Source: Mayamaea pseudoterrestris (Eukaryota). Taken from it: a stretch of 64,000 nucleotides of DNA. Shown here piece by piece: positions 56,301 to 64,000 of the stretch. The position numbers were made by a program, and so were the translations under genes. Numbering within the stretch: the stretch's first letter is position 1; each line of letters starts with the position of its first letter. Under the pieces are notes generated by a model that worked only from the letters and a program-made list of their open reading frames with translations, had not been told where the DNA came from and did not search any database. The DNA lies in contig BROI01000008.1 of the NCBI GenBank assembly GCA_027923505.1, forward strand, positions 558,001 to 622,000, read 5' to 3'.

Positions 56301-57348
56301 TGTAGTCTTTAAGAGCTTTGGAGGCTTCGTTGTCAAGGCGCTGCAGTTGTGGTTTGAGGCCGCGAGCGCAGAGCAACTTGTGAATCTTGGTATACGCTGC
56401 AAGGATGCTGGCGCCGCTCTTGTTCTTCATTGGTTCGACTAGTATGGCGTTGCTATCTTCATCATAGACAACTAGCATAACAGTGTTGCCAGAGCTGGAC
56501 GGTAACATGAAACGGCCAGTGAGATCGGAATGAATCTTTCCTGTCGCTTCGGTATAATTGGCGTAAACACGCATGGAACGAGTCGTGGGCGGGTCGTTCG
56601 GTGGCGGGTTCATATCAGTTGCTAGCTCATCATCAGCGACTGTAACTGAGTTGGCCTGTTTGGTGCTGCGATAGTTCTTGCGAGTTTGGTCGAGGTGTCC
56701 TTTTGCTGTGGCAGTGGAACGCGGGGGATAAGCTTTAACTTGGGCCGAGGTGACGGCTGGGAAAGTAGTTAGCCGGCCGGCGTCCAATGCTTTGCAAAGC
56801 GTAGAGACTGTAGGATAACCCAGACAAGCGCTAACGTAGGCGACTCGGTCGGCCACTGTGTTGAGCGGTTGATACATGTTGAGCGCGTAATTGACGCTGG
56901 CGGCTGGGCTGCCAGTGGGACGCTGCATGTTGACGGTCCAAAGCTTGGTGTCGGAGCTGCGAGTGCCTGCTAGAACAACTTTATCACCCTTTGTGACTGT
57001 AACTGCAGTGTCTGTAAAGATGGCGGAGCATCCATCGTCACACAATTGACCGATTGAAATGAGAGACTGCGTCATGTCGGGGAAGACGTGTGCTGTACAA
57101 GCCTCAAAGGAGCAACCGGGAAGGTCGAGTTGGACTGTATGAGTTGAATGCATTGTTGTTCCGTTGGGAACGTGGACTGTAAGACTTGGATTGGCCAATT
57201 GCTTGTCGGTGTATGGCAAGTGGCACGAGATGTAGTGTCCAGTACATCCGGTATCGGCTATGGCTAGAGGTATAGGCGGGGAGGAGACATCAAGTTCATT
57301 TAACTCAAGCTTATTAAATGAACTACTTGTAGATGCCGTCCCTCCGGC
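53284..57348 (-). CDS. pol: Retrotransposon Pol (protease, integrase, reverse transcriptase, RNase H), in frame with gag after a UAG
   Basis: PR IADTGCTGHY (upstream of the ORF-track start). IN SDLTGRF/LDNE/NAAERAIR. RT AADISNFYL, IYGLQQAG, LIVDDFG. RH HTDASY, AELG, QTDN, NLADYFTK. Confidence 0.95.
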   Translation of the reverse strand, partial: AGGTASTSSSFNKLELNELDVSSPPIPLAIADTGCTGHYISCHLPYTDKQLANPSLTVHVPNGTTMHSTHTVQLDLPGCSFEACTAHVFPDMTQSLISIGQLCDDGCSAIFTDTAVTVTKGDKVVLAGTRSSDTKLWTVNMQRPTGSPAASVNYALNMYQPLNTVADRVAYVSACLGYPTVSTLCKALDAGRLTTFPAVTSAQVKAYPPRSTATAKGHLDQTRKNYRSTKQANSVTVADDELATDMNPPPNDPPTTRSMRVYANYTEATGKIHSDLTGRFMLPSSSGNTVMLVVYDEDSNAILVEPMKNKSGASILAAYTKIHKLLCARGLKPQLQRLDNEASKALKDYMASESVDYQLAPPHIHRRNAAERAIRTFINHFTATLCGTDPKFPLHLWDKLLPQCVLTLNLLRGSRINPKLSAHAQLHGAFDFNKTPLAPAGTRVIIHEKPSIRASHTPHGVDGYYLGPALEHYRCYRVYATDTNAERIADTLAWFPTQTNMPVASNQELLLAAVKDMTSALRNWSATGGPVAASDAGHMEELRRVAAALATQVGAPTPATADSATPTPHADPQSIPEAAAPSQLPFQPAPATEAPTAPAPRVADENAPPSLTTATPPRVPDANANAPTSTTDATPPRVAAADPLAESTMAPTVARVRFNLDHTSSDEPWTYVSRTKNPAQRRRLQKKDQAARLAQLTANEGSNFRRSSPYKSTKATTYLPVGVTQADYTASKRVTRGARGISCPSAKKLQANTVIDPVTGAALEYRHLIKGPDAAKWDRGMAMEIGRLAQGCAKHDTKGTNTMKLISPNAVPAGRKVTYPRVVVAIKPDKVEKHRVRITAGGDKLVYEGTTASPCADIPIVKLLLNSVLSTPGAKFMAADISNFYLGTPMPDKEYMNIPVRLLPECIKAEYNIAQIERKGNVVAELSNTIYGLQQAGYLSYLRLRKLLRSNGYNDSEHVPGLFKHKTRPVAFALIVDDFGIRYVGDDHAEHLLDVLRSQYTITVDRAGTRFCGMTLKWDYDKRILEMSMPNYVATALNELQHPPPSKPQDSPHPWTAPVYGAKQQYVDDDCTDPLPPEGRVIIQRVCGKFLFYGRAIDNTMLTAVNELGAAQAKGTKKTEKALIQFLDYAASHQDAILVFHASDMVLHCHTDASYLTAAKARSRIAAFHFLSSMPAESLKAPSPDAPPPPENGAIHVGCELLKCVVSSAAKAELGGAFHCAKDATVFRTALEELGHPQPPTPIQTDNSCAAGIANGTVKHKRSKAMDMRFYWIKDRIAQGQFILHWRRGCDNLADYFTKHHPAVHHRKMRSRYVKDPPKATVSTETPSLPGCVDTPLPGSLSGIQGSCTGSAST
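57280..57345 (-). promoter_or_regulatory. Candidate readthrough-stimulating RNA stem-loop 3 nt downstream of the gag UAG
   Basis: Perfect 11-bp inverted repeat at 57293-57303 / 57314-57324 with a 10-nt loop, flanked by further pairings GGCAUC/GAUGUC and GGAGG/CCUCC. Confidence 0.65.
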
Positions 57349-58470
57349 CTATTCTCCTTGCGCGCGACTGCGTTGGTTGCGGTAGACGAAATTGGTTTCG
57401 TTGCCGCCCATCTTGTTGGCACTGGTGGCTGCCTCTTGGTGGCCTGGACTGCGACGGTTGCACTGCATGCTTGTATGTCCACAGTAGCCATGAGAATGAC
57501 AGTACTTCTTGACGCGAGGAGCGTTGTTGCCGTTGTTGTTGTTGCCTTGGTTGTTGTTGTTGCCATGGTTGTTGTTTGGCGGTGGCGGCGGATTTGCCGG
57601 CGCACGGTGTGTCGCAGCGATTTGCTCTCGGACAGCAGCTGCGACAGCGGATGCAAAGTTTGCCTGCGCCAAAAATCCAGCGTCTGCAACAGTCTTCTCT
57701 TGGCGGCGAGCTTTGTCCACACGCTTGAGCCAAGAGACAAAGGCTGGCCAGGTTTCAGCAGCTTGCCCTGGGATCTGTTGCTCAATGGCGCGAGCGTGCA
57801 AGTCGGCTTTGAACTGGCCAGTTGCAGCCATGGCGGCCACGGCAAAACGGATGGAGGTGGCGTCCGACATCGGGTCGTTGGTTGCTGCAGCAAGGCGACG
57901 AATGCGCTCCATCTTGCCAGTGTACGTTTCGACAGATTCACTGAGGTTGAACGGGTCGCTCGCCATGGCGTAGTTCGCCTCGATTTGCTGCGGCGTGGCG
58001 GTGCCGTACTCGTCCTTGATGTGCTGGCGAAGCTGAAGAATGGTGACTTCCTCCATACCCGTGGCTGGGTCCTCCAAAGACTGAAGATAGATGGAAGGAA
58101 TCGCCTTGACGACTTGCGCGATCAAAGCCGTGGCGACCAAGTTGTTCTTGTTGAAAGCAGTGAGGTCGGCGTTGAACGCGCGGTTGGCCTCGGCGATCTG
58201 TGCGCCAGTAGCTCCTGCTGGAATGTCGAGCACTGGGAATGCCACAGGAGCATAAACTTGCGCAGAGCGTAGAGCGTACTCAGCTGGTGTGACTACCAAG
58301 TGAACGTGGCCAGCGCCGCCGTTGCCGTACTGACTGGTGACGGAGCGCGCGTTCTGGAGGAGCTCCTTGTCAAACTGGAGCGCCTCATCGAAGGTAATGG
58401 TGCCAGTAGAGCCAAGAACGGTGAGAGTTTCCAGCGGAAAGACAATCTTGGGGCTGCTTGAATCCGTCAT
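57349..58470 (-). CDS. gag: Retrotransposon Gag
   Basis: 373-aa ORF with GGAGHVHLV (CoDi-like), an Asn-rich tract and the knuckle YCHSHGYCGHTSMQC. Confidence 0.92.
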   Translation of the reverse strand: MTDSSSPKIVFPLETLTVLGSTGTITFDEALQFDKELLQNARSVTSQYGNGGAGHVHLVVTPAEYALRSAQVYAPVAFPVLDIPAGATGAQIAEANRAFNADLTAFNKNNLVATALIAQVVKAIPSIYLQSLEDPATGMEEVTILQLRQHIKDEYGTATPQQIEANYAMASDPFNLSESVETYTGKMERIRRLAAATNDPMSDATSIRFAVAAMAATGQFKADLHARAIEQQIPGQAAETWPAFVSWLKRVDKARRQEKTVADAGFLAQANFASAVAAAVREQIAATHRAPANPPPPPNNNHGNNNNQGNNNNGNNAPRVKKYCHSHGYCGHTSMQCNRRSPGHQEAATSANKMGGNETNFVYRNQRSRAQGE

Positions 58471-58631
58471 GGTGACGAAGGGAAGAAGAGCGGAGGATCA
58501 CACTCGGAGGGAAGAGCTGTGGTGGCTCGATTCGTTCAGTCGCTGGATGCAAAAGACGAAGGTGGTAACGTGAGTGCTCTTTAGATTGTTAAACGAAAGA
58601 GTCAATGATGTTACTTGCCGGATATTATCAT

Positions 58632-58643
58632 ATAATTCACGTC
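58632..58643 (-). promoter_or_regulatory. Primer-binding site complementary to the element's own 5' LTR (candidate self-priming PBS)
   Basis: Sense GACGTGAATTAT directly abuts the LTR end and is the exact reverse complement of LTR segment 58700-58689. Confidence 0.75.
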
Positions 58644-58911
58644 TGTTGATGCCTCTATGGGGAGACACTAGGAATGATCAAAACGATTGACGTGAATTAT
58701 TATGAGCGGCAATTGTCGCACTGCCTGCCGAGTTCTATCGCTACTTGTGACCGGTGGGAACCTCGGTTGGCTCGCTGATCTAACCGGCTGTCGCTGAGGC
58801 ATAACTAAAACACATGTGCTAGGCAACGGTGGAGGCTTCACTTAGGTGGAAGCCGAGCCAGTGCAGCTTCCTTGGATACCGGATAAGGAACCCGGAAGTG
58901 GAGTATCAACA
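58644..58911 (-). repeat. 5' LTR (268 bp)
   Basis: Identical by eye to 53086-53353 and lies upstream of gag. Confidence 0.97.
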
Positions 58912-59034
58912 TCAACACAATCGCGACAATCCGCGACAGCTGTCAATCAGCATGATGGAGCGAGTGTGGCGTTTTAGGCAATATCTAACCGCACTACGTG
59001 ACATAGACAACGACGTGAAACATCAACTATAATC

Positions 59035-60420
59035 ATGTACATTCTTGGTTTGATTCTCTTGCTTTCCACCACGTTTTGCGTGCGCTCCAAACTGCGGAAC
59101 GTCGCACAAGCTGATGGAGCCCACGTCGGCCCCAACGACGACTCTACAGACATAATATCATGCCCTCATCATTGTCTAGAACAACAACGTTCGAATCATT
59201 CGACCAAAAAGCAAAATGGCCATCGTATTTTCTATCTCGTTGTGGTTCACAACAACCGGACGCTTCATGACGCAGTGCATTTATTGCGTGCTATTCGAGA
59301 CCCAAGAAACATCGTTGCTATACACGTCGACCAGAAAGCGAACGATCTGATAAAGAACAACGATTCCATTTTGCACAAGGAAGTAAAAGAATGTAGTTGC
59401 GGAAGCATCATACGTTTGGAGTCTGTCTACAATGTCAAGTGGAGTGAGTGGAGCATGAATTTGCCGACTCTATGGGGGTTGCAGCTGGCAGTGACAGAGT
59501 ACAAGGATCAGTGGGACATCTTTATCAACTTGTCTGGTGACACTTTACCAGTATACTCGACTGACATTATGGCGACGGTGCTTTCCGACCTTCCTTACAA
59601 CTTTGTCACGAGCAGCTCTTGCGAGACTGGCCTGCTGCCGACAAACGTTTATACCTTTCCTTCCTACTGGCACAAGCGCGCGCATTACACGCAATCAGAC
59701 ACATTGGCTGATCCCATCTTTGAGCACATTGATCAAGTAAATAAATCCTGGCGGAACACGACGATACAGACATATTTTGGCAGCCAGTGGATGATTCTCC
59801 AGCGCGACTTTTGTTCATGGGTGGTACAGCAACTTGGTGACCCGCAGAGCCTAGCGTCGCAGTATCGGGATTATTTGGTTAGTTCTGGGTTCTTAATGAC
59901 AGACGAAACCTTTTTTCCATCGCTACTTATGCAGGTCGACGAGTTTGCACAGTCGCTGCCGCAGTTGGGTGTGGAGGGTCATCTCTTGTGGCGGAATGGA
60001 TCGTCGTCGCAGATCAAGGCGGTGCGCTACGAACGCATGGATGAACATGTACCATCCGCTTTTGGTTGCGTTCCATTGAACCAACGATATGAAGTGCCGA
60101 ATGACACGAATGTCGATCAGCCTCGCCCATGGGGACCATACTTTCTTGGTGTGTACGACCTGGCTGGTGTTCGTGATTCTGGTGCCTTGTTTCTACGCAA
60201 AGTCTCGAGCCTCGTCGACCATAACATGGTTAACCTTTTCCCCGTCAAGCATTCGAGTCTGATCCCGAATATTTCTTGGCCATTCCATGTGGAGCTAAGT
60301 GGCAAGCCTAACTGGGAACGGATTAAGGCGAAAATGATGTTAGCACAGCGACAAGCGGCTGCCCATGACTTGAGCGAGCAGGATGAAATTGCTGAGGACA
60401 TCGATGAAGAGGAATTGTAA
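59035..60420 (+). CDS. Core-2/I-branching family glycosyltransferase (GT14, xylosyltransferase-like)
   Basis: Signal/anchor sequence, then FYLVVVHN, AIHVDQKA, WDIFINLSGDTLP, YFGSQWMIL and TDETFFPSLL. Confidence 0.88.
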   Translation: MYILGLILLLSTTFCVRSKLRNVAQADGAHVGPNDDSTDIISCPHHCLEQQRSNHSTKKQNGHRIFYLVVVHNNRTLHDAVHLLRAIRDPRNIVAIHVDQKANDLIKNNDSILHKEVKECSCGSIIRLESVYNVKWSEWSMNLPTLWGLQLAVTEYKDQWDIFINLSGDTLPVYSTDIMATVLSDLPYNFVTSSSCETGLLPTNVYTFPSYWHKRAHYTQSDTLADPIFEHIDQVNKSWRNTTIQTYFGSQWMILQRDFCSWVVQQLGDPQSLASQYRDYLVSSGFLMTDETFFPSLLMQVDEFAQSLPQLGVEGHLLWRNGSSSQIKAVRYERMDEHVPSAFGCVPLNQRYEVPNDTNVDQPRPWGPYFLGVYDLAGVRDSGALFLRKVSSLVDHNMVNLFPVKHSSLIPNISWPFHVELSGKPNWERIKAKMMLAQRQAAAHDLSEQDEIAEDIDEEEL

Positions 60421-61155
60421 GCAAACGAATTATTATAACCTTAATGCAAGCCTGCTGGTCTAGGAGATTGCTCGTCAAGGAAGCAAGAGTGATGCTTAAA
60501 CGAGTTGCAGTGCGTCGGGTCGCGGCGATTATTCAAACGAGTTGGAAATACAACTCCAAGCCGTAAAGGCTTACTCAATTTATTAAGTGCTTTGCGCGGT
60601 CTCTTCAGAGTGCTTTGTTCTAAAGCACGTTGGGGGCACAACGAAGCAGCGTGCTTTGTTACCGTTCTTCCGGCAACTGCTTTCCCAGCTTTAAGAGAGC
60701 TACTGGAGGGTTGGGCGTGTGTCACACTTGTCCCGACTGATGTACCATCAAGCAGTCCATATCTTTCAAAACATATACGCCTGGTAAACAAGTGGATGAT
60801 ATATTGGGAGGCGCAGCTGCATGGGAGATGTGGATCGTACCGCAGCTGTGTGTCCCTCCTGCGATAACCGAGATGCATACTTAATGCAAATACAAATTCG
60901 GAGTGCCCACGAGCCCATGAGCAAATTCTACAAGTAAGTTTTGCAGCTGCGGAAATCAATGGAATGACAAGTAATGATGCATTTCTTAAGGAATAGCGAT
61001 GAAATACATTAAAGTACAGTGCAAAAAACTTTTGTAGTGGACTGCGCGGCACCGCTGCACCCTTGGGCATTCTTCAAATTCACTCCCTGGTTGTCAACCC
61101 ATCTCCAACGACCATGAGCTCCGTAAAACATGAGAAGTGTCGTCTCATTAAGCGA

Positions 61156-62052
61156 CTAATGAATCGACAATGCCCAGCGAAGGAAACGTTCGCCAACACC
61201 CTGCACGCGTTCGTCCTTTGGCTCCATCGTTTCAACTTCGTCGTTTTCCACAGGAATGAGAGTCGGTCCTCCGGTAAGTTGTGGCAAATCGTCCTTTGAC
61301 CCGTCAAACAGTATGATGGGATCGTTATCGCTTAATCGTTTGACTCCGCAGTAGACTCCACTGTCAATCTGGATATCGTCGTGGCAGAGTGCTTTCTCTG
61401 CCTCCAATCGACTCTCATACTGCAACGCCAACCAGTTTTGCCGACTCTCACCACTTGGACTCTTGTAATCAACGACGCGACCGTAGCTACTAAACTCGTT
61501 GAGCAAGGTTTTGAATTGCTCATGGGTAGTGTAGCCGTATACAAGGATCCAACAACCACTCGTGCCGACGATATCGCTTGAAGCAGAACCCAACAGGAGA
61601 AGATTGCTCTTGCTAGGCTTAACATTCTGATAAATGATGAAAAGGAGCTGCTGAGTCGTTCTTGCTACGATTGCAAAAATACAACAAGAGAGTTACTTTG
61701 CATCGCGACTCACCTCATTTGTGCCTGCATTAATGCTTCCAAAGTCACCACCATTTCCTAGGTAAATACTCGACTTTGGCGGCACAGATTTCTGATGGAT
61801 GTTCTTCCGGTTGCGTAGTTCATTGGTTGGCGCAATCTTGAGTGGCATTTGGAGCGATTGAGGAGTCGAGATGGGGCTGCTGACAGGGCTGTTGCTTTCG
61901 CCCTTGCTCGTCCGAACCAGGGGAAGTCCACGAGCCAGGAACGGATTCTCGAGTGAATTAACATCTTTCTTCTCGGACGAGGCCAACGGGGACTTGGAAC
62001 GCTGCTTGAACAGAGCCGATGGCGGCGGCGAGGAGAAGGATGTGGACGCCAT
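61156..62052 (-). CDS. NUP35: Nucleoporin Nup35/Nup53 (MPPN RRM domain)
   Basis: Exons 62052-61714 and 61626-61156. SP-rich N-terminus, WILVYGY...FSSYGRVV...NWLALQYESRLEAEKAL...CGVK, and a C-terminal amphipathic helix. Confidence 0.8.
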
Positions 62053-62345
62053 GGCGAAAAATAAAGTGCTGCACCTCTCACTGTCAGTCCGTTGTCGGAC
62101 GGCTGTCGCACAGTCACTTGAGACAACTGTATGAAAAAGAGTGGCGTCAAATGACTTTAAATACATATGCCTAGCTCTTTGACATTCGCCTTTGAATGAC
62201 CGATCCAACCATCCGGCAGAATGGGCACCATGATGATGTCGGATCGAACAACCTGTATCGGTAGCTCCGCATTCTATAACAACCGACAAGAGTATCGAAA
62301 GGAGTGCTTGTAGCAAAAGTGTGACTGGATCTCCACCAACTAAAC

Positions 62346-64000
62346 ATGTCATTCCCGTCCCCACATTCGACCGCACTGGACGCAACAGTAGCAACCGAAC
62401 CAACAGGGTTGCGTAGCTCAGCGGGGAGCAATCGAATTATCAACATGTTTCGACGGACAGCTCCTCCGCGACGTCAAGCATCCAATAACACTGCGGTCAG
62501 CAACTCTGCAACAGTGAGGACTACGCGAGAAGGCGACTATCAGCTGGGCCCGGAAACGTCCAGTGCTTTGGCTCGACGGAACATGTGCGCCTTGTTTTGG
62601 TACTATTCCATCTATCCAGGGGATGATCGCAAAACGTTCTTGCAACATGTTTTAGACAATTGCATATGGAGGACACTGCTTATCGTATTGACGTTTATAT
62701 TACTCTTTGGTGCACAGATTCGCGATATTGCCATACCTCCTGACGGTGATGCAGCTTGCGACGGAATCTTCATGACCACATTTGTTTTATTGGTTATTGA
62801 CATGCTTATGCGCATCGACTGTGAGCCTACCTACTTTGTGTGTCGCTGTGGAGACAATGGGCACGATGGTGCAGAACGAACTTGGTTTAACAGCATACAA
62901 GTCGGTAGCTTTCTCTTTTGGTGCGATATACTTTCGACAATGACGCTTCTTACGGAAATATCTTTCATTAACAAAAGCGGCTTTGCGGCGGCATCGATTA
63001 CTATTTACTTGGACCAATTCGGAATTCCGGTGAGTACGAGCTGCATATCAACGCTTGTCGAGCGCAACATAGTCATGTGCACTGATTCTTTGAGTCGCAA
63101 TTTCGACAGTCGGATGGTCTCGACGAAGTTAATCAAGCAGTGCCGGTGGAAGCAGATCTTGTTCTCCTGGTTGCCATTTGCAAGACGGCTCGGGTCGCGC
63201 GGTTTATTCGGTCCAATACGGCTCTCACAATTTCCAGCAAGGTTAATTGGTTCGCCTTGGTCAATCTCCTCAACCCATGTTGGTATTTGAGGGCCGTGAT
63301 CCGGGCAATGGTGCTTGTCTGTGACTCCTGCGTCTCGTCGCGACGTAAAAATCGCAATGACCGACAGTCATCGGCGATGGACGATTTTTCGTCCAACGGT
63401 CTGGGAAAAGAGGACGAATCCCGCTTTCGACGCTCATCTTGGGGTGCGCTGGGGCTTGGAGCTCTGGCTGCCATACGCGAAAAGAATAGCACACTGGCAG
63501 ATGTCCAGGTTGGTGTTAAATCTTGGCCGATCAGGGCGATGCGATTTATTGGATTGGCTCCTGCCAGTGATGAACAGTGGAGGCGCCATGTGGCTGCGAC
63601 TAAAATTCAGCGTCTATGGCGACGGTACAAAGGAATGGACCCTGACTACCTTCTCGAGAGTGGCACAGGCTGGAAGCCTCTTGGTCGCGCGTCGAAGACA
63701 ACGGATCAGGCATTACAGAAGAAATCGTCCATAATGCACTTCTCTATCTCACGCGCTTTACCTGGTAGACGAGGCACTACCACAGCATCAGCTGCTGCAA
63801 CGAAACCCTTAAATAGAAGTGGACGAAAGACTGTCAACCGGGAGTCCCAGGTTGGTACGGCTATGCGCGAGCTGACTGGACAGAGAGTCGCCATTGGCAT
63901 CATTATTGGTTTGCTTTTGACTGTGCTGTTTACCTACACGGAGGTTGATGCGACACGCCCAGCAACAATGATCGTTCTGCATAATCAGACGTCTTATCCT
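62346..64000 (+). CDS. Partial gene: voltage-sensor/ion-channel-like N-terminus of a probable ACalpha-type adenylyl cyclase, with an IQ motif
   Basis: Exons 62346-63029 and 63110->64000. TM helices with FLFWCDILST, S4-like KTARVARFIRS, IQ motif AATKIQRLWRRY, and ESQVGTAMRELTGQRVAIGI. The cyclase domain itself is not in the window. Confidence 0.65.

Larger units (their letters stand above)
53086..58911 (-). mobile_element. Full-length Ty1/copia LTR retrotransposon (diatom CoDi-like), 5826 bp
   Basis: Two identical 268-bp LTRs (TG...CA, with 7-bp terminal inverted repeat TGTTGAT/ATCAACA). 5-bp TSD TCAAC at 53081-53085 and 58912-58916. Domain order gag-PR-IN-RT-RH. Confidence 0.98.

Noticed and set aside
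57300..57941. Overlapping ORFs suggesting a gag-pol frameshift
   Set aside because: gag and pol are already in the same frame, and the alternative-frame ORFs end at 57300 and 57323 without protease motifs.
57358..58272. 304-aa antisense ORF over gag (and similar ones over pol)
   Set aside because: These are shadow ORFs expected from GC-rich codon usage and have no recognisable motifs.
58620..58643. Canonical tRNA primer-binding site
   Set aside because: There is no TGG start and no match to the iMet full or half-tRNA PBS sequences I know. The segment is better explained by complementarity to the LTR.
60441..61070. 209-aa minus-strand ORF between GT14 and Nup35
   Set aside because: No recognisable domain or typical composition. 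It may be UTR or non-coding, and I cannot support it as a gene.
1..64000. tRNA, rRNA or CRISPR arrays
   Set aside because: None recognised by eye. A covariance-model scan would be needed to exclude small RNAs.

Overview
Gene-dense eukaryotic nuclear DNA, most likely from a diatom. The evidence is short spliceosomal introns, bipartite plastid-targeting presequences, a diatom-type cyclin, and DUF6824-like, BTB and P4H-type proteins. About 33 host genes can be reconstructed, several only by splicing together ORF-track fragments. They include an S28 peptidase, cyclin, PAB-like protein, CRAL-TRIO, MATE, DDRGK1, two inverted prolyl-4-hydroxylase paralogues, a DUF3427-like protein, a CCCH zinc-finger protein, transaldolase, RPS7, a VAMP7-like SNARE, plastid FtsZ, a LIN37-like protein, SIRT4, a His-phosphatase/GNAT fusion, an apparently acatalytic alpha-CA, a tRNA-splicing endonuclease subunit, GT14, Nup35 and a partial channel/adenylyl-cyclase-like gene. 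The standout is a complete, very young Ty1/copia (CoDi-like) LTR retrotransposon at 53086-58911 on the minus strand, with identical 268-bp LTRs and a TCAAC target-site duplication. Its replication and expression signals are non-canonical. (i) There is no tRNA primer site; a 12-bp PBS is instead complementary to a segment of its own 5' LTR, the geometry of Tf1-style self-priming. (ii) gag and pol are in frame and separated by one UAG followed by a long stem-loop, which suggests stop-codon readthrough. (iii) Three internal copies of the 3' PPT octamer are present. The element sits at the midpoint of a roughly 240-bp bidirectional promoter. All protein-family calls come from motif recognition by eye, not database searches.
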